This document shows positions 30,392-41,229 of a DNA stretch of 64,000 bases, piece by piece. Under the pieces are notes generated by a model. It was not told the origin of the DNA, did not search any database, and was given only the letters and a program-made list of their open reading frames with translations. Both the position numbers and the translations under genes were made by a program. This DNA comes from an uncultured Pseudomonadota bacterium (lineage in GTDB: Bacteria > Oederibacteriota > Muellerivitia > Muellerivitales > Muellerivitaceae). The DNA lies in NCBI GenBank assembly GCA_963836235.1, contig CAWIIP010000001.1, positions 64,001 to 128,000 of the forward strand, written 5' to 3'. Numbering within the stretch: the first letter of the stretch is position 1; every line of letters starts with the position of its first letter.

Positions 30392-31443
30392 GCTGAATTC
30401 AACCAGTAAGTGCAACACCTAGACGAAAGACCTGCTCCGGCGTTTTGAAGCGAAGGCACTTGCGTGGACGGCTGTTGAGAGCCCGCTCCACACGTCGCAC
30501 GTTCGCTGGAGTTATGGTAGCAAAATCGGTTTTCTTTGGATAGAAGCGCCGCACCAAACCATTAGTGTTTTCGACGGTTCCCTTTTCCCAACTGTGGAAA
30601 GGAAGACAGAAAAAGGAACGGGTTCCTAAGAGATTGTTAACTTGAAGATGCTCGATGTTTTCAGAGCCGTTGTCGTAAGTAATGGTCCGGCGTAACCCCT
30701 TCGGAAAGAGGGTGAGCCGTCGATTGATAGCTGCTCGTGTTTTCGAAGCGGACTTTTGAGGCAACCAGGCGAGTTTCACGAGGCGGCTTTTTCGTTCGAC
30801 CATCACCAAAAGGGAGGCTTTACTTTTTCTGGAGATGATGGTGTCCGCTTCCCAGTGACCAAATTGACGCCGCGTCTGCACGATGGCGGGTCGTTGAGTG
30901 ATCGGAGTTCGTTCTGGAATATGGCTTTTTCGATGTTTGTGCGAATGCCATCGGCGAAGCCGCTTTCGATGGGAACGAGCCAAGAGAGGGATGAGGTTTC
31001 GGGCTTCGGAATAAATGAACTGGTAGACGGCCTCGTGGGAAATGAATAGTTTGGAGTTCTCAAGGCGAAGCTGACCAGCAATTTGTTCGGGAGAAAACCC
31101 CTGATGAAGCTTACGCAAAACATGTTGTCGGATCCCTGGTTTTTTGAGACGCAGATGGGTCCGAGAGAGTTGGTTACGCTGGGTAGATCGCAGGTGAGCC
31201 CGAGCTGGTAGATAACGGCCAGGACGTAAAGGTGGTGCGTTACGCTTCAACTCTCGGGAAACACTGGACACATCACGTTCGAGGCGTCGGGCGATTTCTC
31301 GTATGGAGAGGCCTTCTGCCTTCCAAACTGCGATTTCTTCACGTTCGGCCAACGACAGGTGCTTGTAGGATTGTTTCATAAAACTTAGGATAACCCCCGG
31401 ATTCTGCCGGGGCTAAGTGTTGCACTTCGCTATTGAACTGGGG
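30392..31443 (-). mobile_element. IS30-family insertion sequence, 1052 bp
   Basis: Imperfect 26-bp IRs (30392-30417 GCTGAATTCAACCAGTAAGTGCAACA; 31418-31443) flanked by a direct repeat AGT (30389-91; 31444-46). Confidence 0.9.
30399..31379 (-). CDS. IS30-family DDE transposase
   Basis: HLSLAERE HTH, SPEQIAG, GHWEADT, TYDNGSE, WEKGTVENTNG, LNSRPRK; ends VALTG within the IR. Confidence 0.95.
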   Translation of the reverse strand: MKQSYKHLSLAEREEIAVWKAEGLSIREIARRLERDVSSVSRELKRNAPPLRPGRYLPARAHLRSTQRNQLSRTHLRLKKPGIRQHVLRKLHQGFSPEQIAGQLRLENSKLFISHEAVYQFIYSEARNLIPLLARSHRKRLRRWHSHKHRKSHIPERTPITQRPAIVQTRRQFGHWEADTIISRKSKASLLVMVERKSRLVKLAWLPQKSASKTRAAINRRLTLFPKGLRRTITYDNGSENIEHLQVNNLLGTRSFFCLPFHSWEKGTVENTNGLVRRFYPKKTDFATITPANVRRVERALNSRPRKCLRFKTPEQVFRLGVALTG

Positions 31444-31512
31444 AGTTTTAAATTTTCGTAATAATTGATTTAGAACTTAAAACTGCCCCCCAAAAACAAA
31501 TATAATGCCGAC

Positions 31513-32286
31513 ATGAAAATTCTTCTGACTAATGATGACGGAATCGACGCATTTGGCCTAAAGGCCCTTTACGAAGCGGTCAAACATTTAGGTGAGATCG
31601 CTGTTTCGGCACCAGATAGGCAAGCAAGTGCCACTGGCCATTCCATTTCGCTCAATACTCCATTTCGTGTTCTTTCCTCAGCCTGGCCCGAGGTTCCTTA
31701 TTCTTACAGTGTCTCCAGCACTCCGGCGGATTGCGTGAGAACCGCGGTCCTAAAGCTATTGCCTTGGAAACCTGATTTAGTGATATCCGGCATCAACCAG
31801 GGCGCTAATTATGGCTCACTCATCCTTTATTCAGGCACGGTAGCTGCGGCGGCGGAAGCGGTGTTATTAGGAATTCCATCGATGGCTATTTCATTGACTA
31901 GCCATACTTTTAAGGATTTTACCGTTAGTGCTCAATTTGCCAAAAAAATCAGCCAATGGATCATAGAAAAGGGTTTGAGCCCTGGAATCTTCCTGAATGT
32001 GAATGTACCTGCACTTGAAATGGGAAAGATCAAAGGTATGGTTTTAACGCATCAAGGTCAGTTTCGCCATGTTGAAGATTTAGAACATCATGAAAAACTA
32101 GAAGGTCATTTCAATTACATTTTAAATAGCCCCAGCGAACCATCCCTGGAACATCCTAATTCGGATGTCGCTACCGTAAAAGAAGGTTTTGTTTCGGTGA
32201 CACCGCTTCATTTAGATTTGACCGCAAAACATTATTTTTCTCATTTTTCCGATTGGTCCTGGGAGGATAAGTTTTGGATGGAATAA
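31513..32286 (+). CDS. surE: 5'/3'-nucleotidase SurE
   Basis: ILLTNDDG, TPADC, SGINQG.N, YSGTV, SVTPL. Confidence 0.95.
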   Translation: MKILLTNDDGIDAFGLKALYEAVKHLGEIAVSAPDRQASATGHSISLNTPFRVLSSAWPEVPYSYSVSSTPADCVRTAVLKLLPWKPDLVISGINQGANYGSLILYSGTVAAAAEAVLLGIPSMAISLTSHTFKDFTVSAQFAKKISQWIIEKGLSPGIFLNVNVPALEMGKIKGMVLTHQGQFRHVEDLEHHEKLEGHFNYILNSPSEPSLEHPNSDVATVKEGFVSVTPLHLDLTAKHYFSHFSDWSWEDKFWME

Positions 32287-32444
32287 TGGAGGATAATTCT
32301 CTTTTGCCCTCGAAAGATTCAATGGTCGGTTTAAGAACATAATTACTGATACGGTCTCGGTGACACGCTCGACAGTTCTCAAAAGGGAAAAAACAAAAAT
32401 CCAATGGATGACCCTGTTGCGAGATTGCCTAATACTGGAGGTCT

Positions 32445-32669
32445 TTGATGAAGGAACGCATTGAAAAAGTTTTGGATGAAATTCGTCACATCCTTCAAGC
32501 TGATGGTGGTGATGTGCAGTTTATTCACGTCACGGATGATGGCATTGTCCAAATTCATATCAAAGGAACCTGCGACACTTGTACGAGTTCGATGATGACC
32601 TTGAAGTGGGGGATTGAACAGTTGGTTATGGAACAGATTCCTGAAGTCAAAAAAGTGATCACAGTATAA
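32445..32669 (+). CDS. Nfu/NifU C-terminal domain Fe-S carrier
   Basis: LQADGGDV, GTCDTC (CxxC), TLKWGIE. Confidence 0.9.
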   Translation: MMKERIEKVLDEIRHILQADGGDVQFIHVTDDGIVQIHIKGTCDTCTSSMMTLKWGIEQLVMEQIPEVKKVITV

Positions 32670-32688
32670 TTTTTGTTGAACTGCTTCG

Positions 32689-32720
32689 GCTCATCCATAG
32701 GTTTAAGGGATGGGTTTTTT
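32689..32720 (+). terminator. Intrinsic terminator after the Nfu gene
   Basis: GCTCATCC...GGATGGGT stem with G-U pairs, followed by a T-run. Confidence 0.5.
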
Positions 32721-32900
32721 GTTGGTGGAAGCCTCAAAGTTTCCTATACTGTCTTCGTTTTCCTCGGCTGTTTTCCTTTCTTCGCTCATCTGTTGCGGCA
32801 GGTTTGAATTTTAAATCAAGGTTCTTTTTCACCCGCAAAGGTGGAAAGTTTTTCCGATTCAAAATTCAAGATCATCAATTTGGGATTTAAGGGAGTTTTT

Positions 32901-34196
32901 TTGATACCGCGTTACACTTTGTCGGAAATGGGCGCCCTCTGGTCCGAGCAGTCTAAATACGATTCCTGGCTGAAGGTTGAGATTGCCGCCTGCGAGGCTT
33001 GGGCTCGGATTGGCCAGATTCCCAAAAAAGACCTGAAAATTATAAAGAAAAAAGCCAAGTTTTCGGTCAAGCGTATTGATGCCATCGAACGTAAAACAAA
33101 CCATGATTTAATTTCCTTTTTGACTTCAGTTGCAGAAAACGTAGGCCCTTCCTCTCGATTTATCCATCTGGGTCTTACTTCCACCGATGTGGTGGACACA
33201 GCCCAGGCGCTTCAATTAGTCCCGGCTGCTGACCTGATATTAGGTCAGTTGAGAAAACTCCGTGAGATTCTGAAACGTCTGGCTAAAGAACATCGTTATT
33301 CCATGATGATAGGTCGCACCCATGGAGTGCATGCTGAGCCAGTCACTTTCGGTCTCAAAATGGCCCTTTGGTACGATGAAATCGGCCGCCAAATTGATCG
33401 ATTGAGTTTAGCTAGGGAGCAGGTGGCGGTGGGCATGATTTCCGGGGCCGTTGGAACTTTCGCCAATATCGATCCGCGGGTTGAAAAGCATGTCTGCAAA
33501 TTACTGGGGTTGAAACCCGCCACGGTTTCCACCCAAACTCTCCAACGTGACCGACACGCTTATTTCCTCTCGGTCCTGGCCGTGATCGCTTCCTCGTTGG
33601 AAAAATTCGCCACTGAAATTCGAAATCTCCAGCGTACTGAAATTCTGGAAGTGGAGGAATATTTTGCCGAGGGCCAAAAGGGTTCTTCTGCCATGCCCCA
33701 CAAGCGCAATCCTTTAACTGCTGAGAGGGTGGCGGGGTTGGCCCGGGTGATGCGGGGCTATGCCTTGGCTGCCCAGGAAAATGTCGCTCTTTGGCATGAG
33801 CGGGATATCACCCATTCATCGGCCGAGCGCATTATTTTGCCGGACGCGACGATTCTACTTCATTACATGTTGGCCAAGTTCATTGGGGTGATGGAAAAAC
33901 TGAACATTTATCCCGATCGCATGAAGCGCAATATTCAACTCACCCGGGGATTGGTTTCCTCCCAACAGGTGCTTTTGGCTCTGGTGAAGAGGGGCATTAC
34001 CCGTGAAAAGGCCTATGCCATCGTTCAAAGAAATGCCTTGAATGCCTGGAAAAATGAGGAGAATTTTCGGCGTTTAATCGAGGTCGATCCTGAAGTCGTT
34101 AAAATGTTGACCCCGTCGGAGATTGAAGAATGCTTTAATCTTTCTTATCACATGAAGAATGTGGATTATATTTTGAAACGGGCCGGAATACTTTAA
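32901..34196 (+). CDS. purB: Adenylosuccinate lyase
   Basis: TTG start after GGGAG (MIPRYT); GRTHGVHAEP, GSSAMPHKRNP. Confidence 0.96.
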   Translation: MIPRYTLSEMGALWSEQSKYDSWLKVEIAACEAWARIGQIPKKDLKIIKKKAKFSVKRIDAIERKTNHDLISFLTSVAENVGPSSRFIHLGLTSTDVVDTAQALQLVPAADLILGQLRKLREILKRLAKEHRYSMMIGRTHGVHAEPVTFGLKMALWYDEIGRQIDRLSLAREQVAVGMISGAVGTFANIDPRVEKHVCKLLGLKPATVSTQTLQRDRHAYFLSVLAVIASSLEKFATEIRNLQRTEILEVEEYFAEGQKGSSAMPHKRNPLTAERVAGLARVMRGYALAAQENVALWHERDITHSSAERIILPDATILLHYMLAKFIGVMEKLNIYPDRMKRNIQLTRGLVSSQQVLLALVKRGITREKAYAIVQRNALNAWKNEENFRRLIEVDPEVVKMLTPSEIEECFNLSYHMKNVDYILKRAGIL

Positions 34197-34199
34197 GGA

Positions 34200-34463
34200 G
34201 TGGCGTCTATGGGCTGGCATGTGAATGTTTATGTGACCTTAAAACCCTCGGTTCAAGATCCCCAAGGAGCCACGGTTCAACGGGCTTTGAACCAGATGGG
34301 CTATAACGGTGTTTTGGGTGTTCGTATGGGAAAGTTCACGGAATTGGAATTTGACGGGTCTCTTTCCGAATCCGACGTAAAAAAACAGTCGGATGAAATC
34401 TGCGACAAGCTTTTGGCCAACCCCAATATTGAGTCCTATCATTTCACTGTGGAGAAGAAATGA
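34200..34463 (+). CDS. purS: FGAM synthase subunit PurS
   Basis: [23 protein letters not shown]. Confidence 0.93.
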   Translation: MASMGWHVNVYVTLKPSVQDPQGATVQRALNQMGYNGVLGVRMGKFTELEFDGSLSESDVKKQSDEICDKLLANPNIESYHFTVEKK

Positions 34464-35158
34464 AGTTTTCCGTCACGGTTTTTCCGGGTTCCAATTGCGA
34501 TCATGATTGCGAATACGTGATCCGGGATGTCATGGGCCAGAAAGTCGAGATGATCTGGCACAAGGAAACCGACTTAAGGAATCCCGATTGTGTGGTCGTG
34601 CCGGGTGGGTTTTCCTATGGAGATTACCTGCGAACCGGGGCCATCGCCCGGTTTTCCCCGGTGATGAAATCCGTAGCCGATTTCGCCGCCAAAGGCGGGC
34701 TTGTGATCGGTATCTGCAACGGCTTCCAGATACTCTGCGAAGCAGGGCTTTTACCAGGAGCCCTTATCCGTAATAAGACCCTTCAATTTATCTGCAAAAA
34801 TCTCTATATCAAGGTCGAACAGACCGACACGCCTTTCACGAATGCCTGCAAACCGGGGCAGGTCTTGAAAATTCCTATCGCCCATGGCGAAGGAAACTAC
34901 TTTATTGATTCGGAAGGTCTTAAGAAGCTTGAGATGAATCGCCAGATCGTTGTTCGCTATTGTGACGCGCAAGGGAAGTTGACCGCCGAAGCTAATCCCA
35001 ATGGCTCATTGGAGAATATCGCCGGGATTTGTAACATTGAACGCAATGTTTTTGGGCTAATGCCCCATCCTGATCGTTCCGGCGAGGATATTTTGGGCAG
35101 CCATGACGGGCAATTTATCTGGAAATCTATTTTGGCCGCCAAGGTAGGCGCATTATGA
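34460..35158 (+). CDS. purQ: FGAM synthase glutaminase subunit PurQ
   Basis: [35 protein letters not shown]. Confidence 0.96.
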   Translation: MKFSVTVFPGSNCDHDCEYVIRDVMGQKVEMIWHKETDLRNPDCVVVPGGFSYGDYLRTGAIARFSPVMKSVADFAAKGGLVIGICNGFQILCEAGLLPGALIRNKTLQFICKNLYIKVEQTDTPFTNACKPGQVLKIPIAHGEGNYFIDSEGLKKLEMNRQIVVRYCDAQGKLTAEANPNGSLENIAGICNIERNVFGLMPHPDRSGEDILGSHDGQFIWKSILAAKVGAL

Positions 35159-37385
35159 GTTCCTCGATCATGGAAGTCGAAATCACCCCCCAAATTATCA
35201 AGGAACATGGCCTCAAACCTGATGAATACGACCGGATTTGCAAGATTCTGAGCCGCAAGCCTAATATCACCGAATTGGGGCTTTATTCGGTCATGTGGAG
35301 CGAGCATTGCGGTTACAAGCATTCCAGGGCCCTTTTGAAAACCCTGCCGACTAAGGGGCCTAAGGTTCTACAGGGGCCCGGCGAAAATGCCGGCATCGTG
35401 GATATTGGCGAAGGTTGGGCGGTTGCTTTTAAGGTGGAATCCCACAACCACCCCTCGGCGATTGAACCTTATCAAGGGGCCGCCACGGGAGTGGGCGGCA
35501 TTCTTCGGGATATCTTTACCATGGGCGCCCGGCCCATCGCTTCCTTGAATTCATTGCGGTTTGGTTCTCTCGCGGACCCCAAGGTTAAGAGGCTTTTTAC
35601 GGGCGTTGTCAGGGGAATCGCGGACTATGGCAATTGCATGGGTATTCCGACAGTGGCCGGAGAAGTGGTTTTCGATGAAAGCTACTCAGAGAATTGTCTG
35701 GTCAACGCCATGTCGGTCGGATTGGTAAGGCACGAACATATCATCAAAGGGAAAGCCACCGGGGTGGGGAATCCGGTCATCTATATCGGGGCGACCACGG
35801 GGCGGGATGGAATTCATGGCGCAACTTTCGCCTCTACCGAAATAAGCGACGAATCCACCGAAAAGCGGAGCGCAGTCCAGGTCGCTGATCCCTTTATGGA
35901 AAAGCTACTGATGGAAGCCACGTTGGAACTCATCCATAGCGATCTTTTGGTGGGAATTCAGGACATGGGGGCGGCCGGTCTCACCTGTTCCACCTGTGAA
36001 ATGGCGAGCCGAGGTGGGGCCGGAATCGAAATCGACGTGGCTAAGGTTCCCAAGCGTGAAAAGGGAATGACGCCTTATGAAATCCTGCTTTCCGAATCCC
36101 AGGAGCGCATGTTGCTCGTGGCAAAGCCGGGTTGTGAACAAAAAGTCCATGATATCTTGGCCAAGTGGGACTTACACGCGGCCACAATTGGGGTTGTGAC
36201 GGATACGGGCCGCATGGTGGTGAAGGAAAACGGCAAGGTCGTGGCGGACGTTCCTGCTGATTCCTTGACCGAAGCGCCCGTCTATCATCCGGCCAAGAGC
36301 GAACCGGCGATCTTGAAAAAGCATCGTGAATTCGACGAGTCAAGCGTCCCCACTTCAAAGAATCTGCAGGATGTCCTTGAAAAATTACTTTCGGATCCAA
36401 CCATCGCCAGCAAAAGATGGGTTTACCAGCAATACGACCATATGGTCCGTTCCAATTCGCTAGTGCGGCCCGGGTCGGACGCGGCGGTTATCCGGGTGAA
36501 AGGGACATCATTGGGATTGGCGATGACTATTGACGGATTGGGTTCCTATTGCGCTCTGGACCCTTATGAAGGGGCGAAGATCGTAGTGGCGGAAGCCGCC
36601 CGTAATATCGCCTGTTCCGGGGCCGAACCAATTGGCATGACCGACTGTCTGAATTTTGGAAGCCCTGAAAAACCTGAAGTTTACTACTATTTTGACCGTG
36701 TCATCGCGGGGTTAGGCGACGCCTGCAGGGCATTTAATATTCCCATCACTGGTGGAAATGTCTCTCTTTACAACGAAAATCCATCGGGTGCCATTGATCC
36801 AACTCCCATCGTTGGGATGATGGGACTTTTTTCCAATGTCGGATAAAGCCGTGACCCAATGGTTTAAAGAAGAGGGTGATTTTGTTTATTTGTTAGGAAA
36901 TATTGGGGATTCCATTGGTGGAAGCCGCTATTTACAGCTCATCCATGGAAAAAAGACTGGGGCTTGTCCTAAATTAGATTTAGAGGTCGAGTTGAAATTG
37001 CATCAAGCCCTGAAGGTTATGGCCGATGAAAAGCTTCTTCAAAGCGCCCACGATTGCTCCGATGGGGGTTTTGCTGTGGCTTTAGCTGAATGCTGTGTGA
37101 CGGGCTTAACCCATGAGGCGAAAACCCAGGGGGCCAAAGCTACTTTGCCGGGTACGGGACGGTTGGATGGCCGCCTTTTTGGGGAAGCTCAATCGAGAGC
37201 GATTGTTTCTTGTAAACCCGACTCTGGGGCCTCAAGTTGAAGCTCAGGCCCGGAAATTAGGCGTACCTTGCGTCAAAATCGGTCAAGTCGGCGGGGATTC
37301 TTTGGTGATTGAAAATGTAATCAAGGCACCCGTCAACCTATTGGCGGATTTGTTTTTCACTAGCATTGAAAAGATGATGGCCTAG
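35155..37385 (+). CDS. purL: FGAM synthase subunit PurL; two +1 frameshifts in this sequence, likely assembly error
   Basis: [27 protein letters not shown]. Extra G near 36841 and in the G4 run at 37226-37229; removing them joins ORFs 35155..36846, 36836..37240 and 37113..37385. Confidence 0.9.
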
Positions 37386-37404
37386 CCATTTAAAGGAGCC
37401 ACCT

Positions 37405-38822
37405 GTGTCTCAGATGTTAGAGGATGATAAGCCCCACGATCAGTGCGGTGTTTTCGGCGTCTTCGGTCATCCCGAGGCGGCTAAGATCACCTATTTAGGT
37501 TTGCATTCACTCCAGCATCGGGGCCAAGAATCCGCGGGTATTTGCACGATGGATGAGGGACGCCTTTATAACCACAAGCGGATGGGTTTGGTCGCGGACA
37601 TTTTTGACGAGACTGCGTTTAAAGAATTACCTGGGAAGACGGCTATCGGCCATGTGCGATATTCCACCACTGGGTCCAGCCAATTGAGAAACGCCCAGCC
37701 CATCGCCGTTGAGTACGCACGGGGCAGTATCGCCATCGCCCACAACGGAAACCTGGTCAACGCTCGCCGCATCCGAGACGAATTGGAAGCCCGAGGTTCC
37801 ATTTTTGTTTCCACCGTTGATTCAGAAGTCATCGTGCATCTTTTGGCCCGTTCTACCAACCACACCTTGATCGAGGGAGTCATCGAGTCCTTAAAGCAAG
37901 TGAGGGGAGCCTATTCGCTTCTCATCTTGTCCGATGACGGCATGTTGGGTATGCGGGATCCCCATGGTTTCCGGCCTCTTTGTCTGGGCAAGCTGGGGGA
38001 TTCCTATGTTTTGGCCAGCGAGACCTGTGCATTTGATATTGTCGACGCCAAATACATCCGTGATGTGGAACCGGGGGAAATCGTTCTTATCAATGAGAAT
38101 GGCTTGGTTTCCATTAAGCCATTCGAGAAAATCCAGTCGGCCATGTGTATTTTCGAATTTATCTATTTTGCTAGACCTGATTCCCGTATTTACGATACCA
38201 GCGTGCAAAAAGTAAGAAAGCGGCTGGGAGCCATTTTGGCGCAGGAAGCTTATGTCGAAGCTGACGTGGTTGTTCCGGTCCCCGATTCTTCCAACATGGC
38301 GGCTACAGGTTACGCGGAAGAAGCCAAAATTCCCTATGAAATGGGGCTCATCCGCAACCATTACATCGGACGAACCTTCATCGAGCCGGATCAAGCCATC
38401 CGTGACTTCGGTGCCCGTTTAAAATACAACCCGGTTCGGGAGGCCATGGAAGGAAAGCGAGTCATCCTCATCGACGATTCCATCGTCCGGGGAACAACAA
38501 TGCGTAAGATCGTCAAAATGATCCGAAATGTTGGGGCCAAAGAGGTGCATCTTGCGCATCACCTCGCCGCCCATTATTTCACCTTGTTTTTACGGAATGG
38601 ACTTTCCAAGCCGGAAGGAGCTTATCGCGGCCACCCACAGCCTGGAAGAGATCAAAACCTATCTTACGGGTCGACAGTCTTTCTTATTTATCAGTGGATG
38701 GAATGATGAAAGCCGTTGAAGGAACCCCTCAGGGTCATTGTGCGGCCTGCTTTACGGCTAAGTATCCGGTTCCTTTTGATGAGGAGACAGAAAAGTACAG
38801 TCTCGAAGTCTCCAAGTGTTGA
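37405..38822 (+). CDS. purF: Amidophosphoribosyltransferase; two +1 frameshifts in this sequence
   Basis: Propeptide then CGVFG, QHRGQE, DDSIVRGTT. Extra base at 38551-54 (CTTG) and 38663-66 (CTTA). The repaired tail reads SPPIISPCFYGMDF...YLRVDSLSYLS...HCAACFTAKYP, stop at 38820-22. Confidence 0.9.
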
Positions 38823-40109
38823 AGAACGGTAGTTTTTAACAATAGTTTTCCGGAAGAAACTACCCGGTTACGGCCTTTTTCCTTGGCTTCATATAGTGAA
38901 TGGTCGGCTCGTTTGATAACCTCTTCCGGAGTTTTCCGGGCCTTTTCCGGCAAAAGCTACTCCCGCGCTAAAGGTGATGTTTACCTTTTTGCCCCTATGC
39001 TTTTCCTTTTTAAACGGCAGGCTCATTCCTTCGTAGTTCGAGCTTCGTTTGCTGCGCAAGGTAAACTTCCGTTTTTCCATCGTTGCACGGGCCTTTTCCA
39101 TCATCTCGACGGCTGATTCCTGGGTGGGGCCTTCGAAAATCACGCAAAATTCTTCACCTCCATAGCGATAAACCCGATCACCGAGGTGTTCTTGCAGATG
39201 TTGGGCAACCATTCTGAGCACATTATCACCCTCGGCATGTCCATAGGTATCATTGAACTTCTTAAAATGGTCGATATCGACCATGGCGAGGGCGTAATGG
39301 CCTGAAAGGGTATGAAGGCGCTCATCCATGGCCTGCCGGTTGGAAACAGCGGTAAGGGGGTCCAAATAAACCTTCTGCACGTACATCCGAAACAGGGCAA
39401 AAAGCAGGATACCGTCATGGTGGCAAAGGCGATAATGATGTGGGAAACCAGGGATATCCTGGTGGTCGAGTTGCCATTGATGAGGTTGGCCTGGATACAA
39501 AAGAGGAAGGGAACAAAAGTGGTCATAAGAGCAATCAGGAAGGGTTTGATTTTGAGATCCGGTAGATAAGTAACGACCAAAAGGAATAAGCCGGTAGCGA
39601 CCCAGGAAAACTTAGGAAGGGATGTTAATTGGGTAGGAACGGCCTGTCCCCAGAAGAAAAGCTTCTGGTAGATATCCGGGGCCCAACTGAAAAGGCAGAT
39701 GAAAAGCAGAAGGGGGAAGAGAGCCAAGAGGAACCGGGCCAGGCTGAGATCGCTCCAAAGACGGCTTTCCTTTAAGAGGTAGATGACGCAGAGCGCCAGG
39801 GGATAGGCCACACTGACAATCTGAAGGGTTTGAGGCCCAGCCCGTGGCCGTGACGGTAAAGGTATCAGGATGAAGGAGATAATAGTAAAAAGCCAAGAGA
39901 AGTATGGTGGACCAAAAGATACGGGTTTGGTTGATTTGCCAGCCCAGGATAGCAATCACGGTGAGGCCCACATAGGGAGCGAAAATGAGGAAGTCGGTAA
40001 TGGCCCGATGTGAAACTATTTCAGGACTTAGTGGGGGAAGAAAATAGAAAAAAAGGGGAATGAAACAAACTAAAAGATAGATACCGGCCCATTTGGCTTT
40101 TTCGGACAC
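38735..40109 (-). CDS. Membrane-anchored diguanylate cyclase (GGEEF); three frameshifts in this sequence
   Basis: Multi-TM N-terminus, DPLT..NR, DIDHFKKFNDTYGH, RYGGEEF, AD..LYEAKEKGRNRV spread over four ORFs. Indels near 39840, 39412 and 38953; 3' end uncertain. Confidence 0.8.
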
Positions 40110-40259
40110 GTTTGATCCTTAAAGGGAATTGAAAGAAGAATGGCTTAATTTAATGGTCCTTGGGTTATTTGTAAATGAAAGTCGGTCGAACGAAAGAGGG
40201 TGTTGGGAAGCTTTTCGAGGGTATATTGGACGGATGTAATCCTAATCATTTTGTAATGG

Positions 40260-40748
40260 ATGGTTTTCTCGATGGGGTTGTTTAATTTTTTCTCTAAGCG
40301 AAAAATTTATGAAAATGCCAATCTTGAAAAAGTAATGATGGAAATGTCGCTTCGTCCGGTCATGAAAACAAGGCGAGTTTTATACGCGGAATTATTGAAA
40401 AGCACTCTACTTCTTCCCACTCCCAGTCCATTGGAATCTTCTACATTCGAAACATCTTTAAAAGAGATTCAACTGGTGACCCAGCCTGGGCCCAAGAATG
40501 AGTTGGTTTGGATTGCCTTTACCAGTAAGGAGGCCCTTCGACAGTGGCGGCCTCAATTTGAGGATGCTTATGTAGCCATCCAAGGAACCCTTTTATTCGC
40601 GTTGGCGGTCCAAAACCGAGTGGAAAATATCTTGATCAATCTTGCGGGACCAGTGAGTGGGAAAATCACTGGAATGGAATTGCAAATGCTTGCGGAAGGG
40701 ATTTTGCCGAGGGATGAGGACGGCAATACCAAAAACACTAAAGCCTAG
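40260..40748 (+). CDS. SseB-family-like protein
   Basis: LLKSTLLLP, IAFTSKEALRQW and ILINLAGP pattern resembles SseB N-terminal domains. Confidence 0.65.
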   Translation: MVFSMGLFNFFSKRKIYENANLEKVMMEMSLRPVMKTRRVLYAELLKSTLLLPTPSPLESSTFETSLKEIQLVTQPGPKNELVWIAFTSKEALRQWRPQFEDAYVAIQGTLLFALAVQNRVENILINLAGPVSGKITGMELQMLAEGILPRDEDGNTKNTKA

Positions 40749-40779
40749 GTTTTGTTGACTGGAAGCCGGTGGTTAAGGC

Positions 40780-41229
40780 TTAAGGAATGTAGACGACACC
40801 CGTCATGCCCGTGCAAGCGGCACTACAAACGCTGGTCCCGCAAGTTGGAGAATGAATACTACAGTGATAATGGTAGGTGCCGGCAGTTCCAAAAGGAACG
40901 GTTACGACAATTGAGCTGGACGCTGGAACCGTAATGCCTCCAGGAATACAAGTTCCCGTTCCGGCACCATTGTCGACATAAATTATATGCGAACTAAAAC
41001 CAGTCGTATCCACGAAGGTAATGGAGCCGCCAGGCGCAATAGTAACGGCAGCGGGGTTAAAAGTATAAGTAGTGGTTCCGATCAGAGTGACGCTTGTTGT
41101 TAGGGATGGAGTGGGTGTAGCAGGCCCGTATTGAACAGGATATTGAGGGCCGACCGTCGGGCAACCTAAAGAAAAAAGCGACATCATCGCGCATCCCGTG
41201 CAAAAAGCTAAAATAGATAGGCGTTTCAT
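40780..41229 (-). CDS. Cupredoxin (plastocyanin/azurin-like) lipoprotein
   Basis: ATG at 41229 after GAGGTG; lipobox-like SLGC; TFNPAAVTIAPG, SSH, GTYHYHCSIH...GMTGVV. Confidence 0.8.
   Translation of the reverse strand: MKRLSILAFCTGCAMMSLFSLGCPTVGPQYPVQYGPATPTPSLTTSVTLIGTTTYTFNPAAVTIAPGGSITFVDTTGFSSHIIYVDNGAGTGTCIPGGITVPASSSIVVTVPFGTAGTYHYHCSIHSPTCGTSVCSAACTGMTGVVYIP

Noticed and set aside
32297-32389. Possible structured RNA before the Nfu gene (TTCTCTTTTG...CAAAAGGGAA, AGAAC/GTTCT)
   Set aside because: Short low-complexity pairings; no recognisable riboswitch motif.
32721-32900. Purine/ZTP riboswitch upstream of purB
   Set aside because: Consensus aptamer nucleotides not found.
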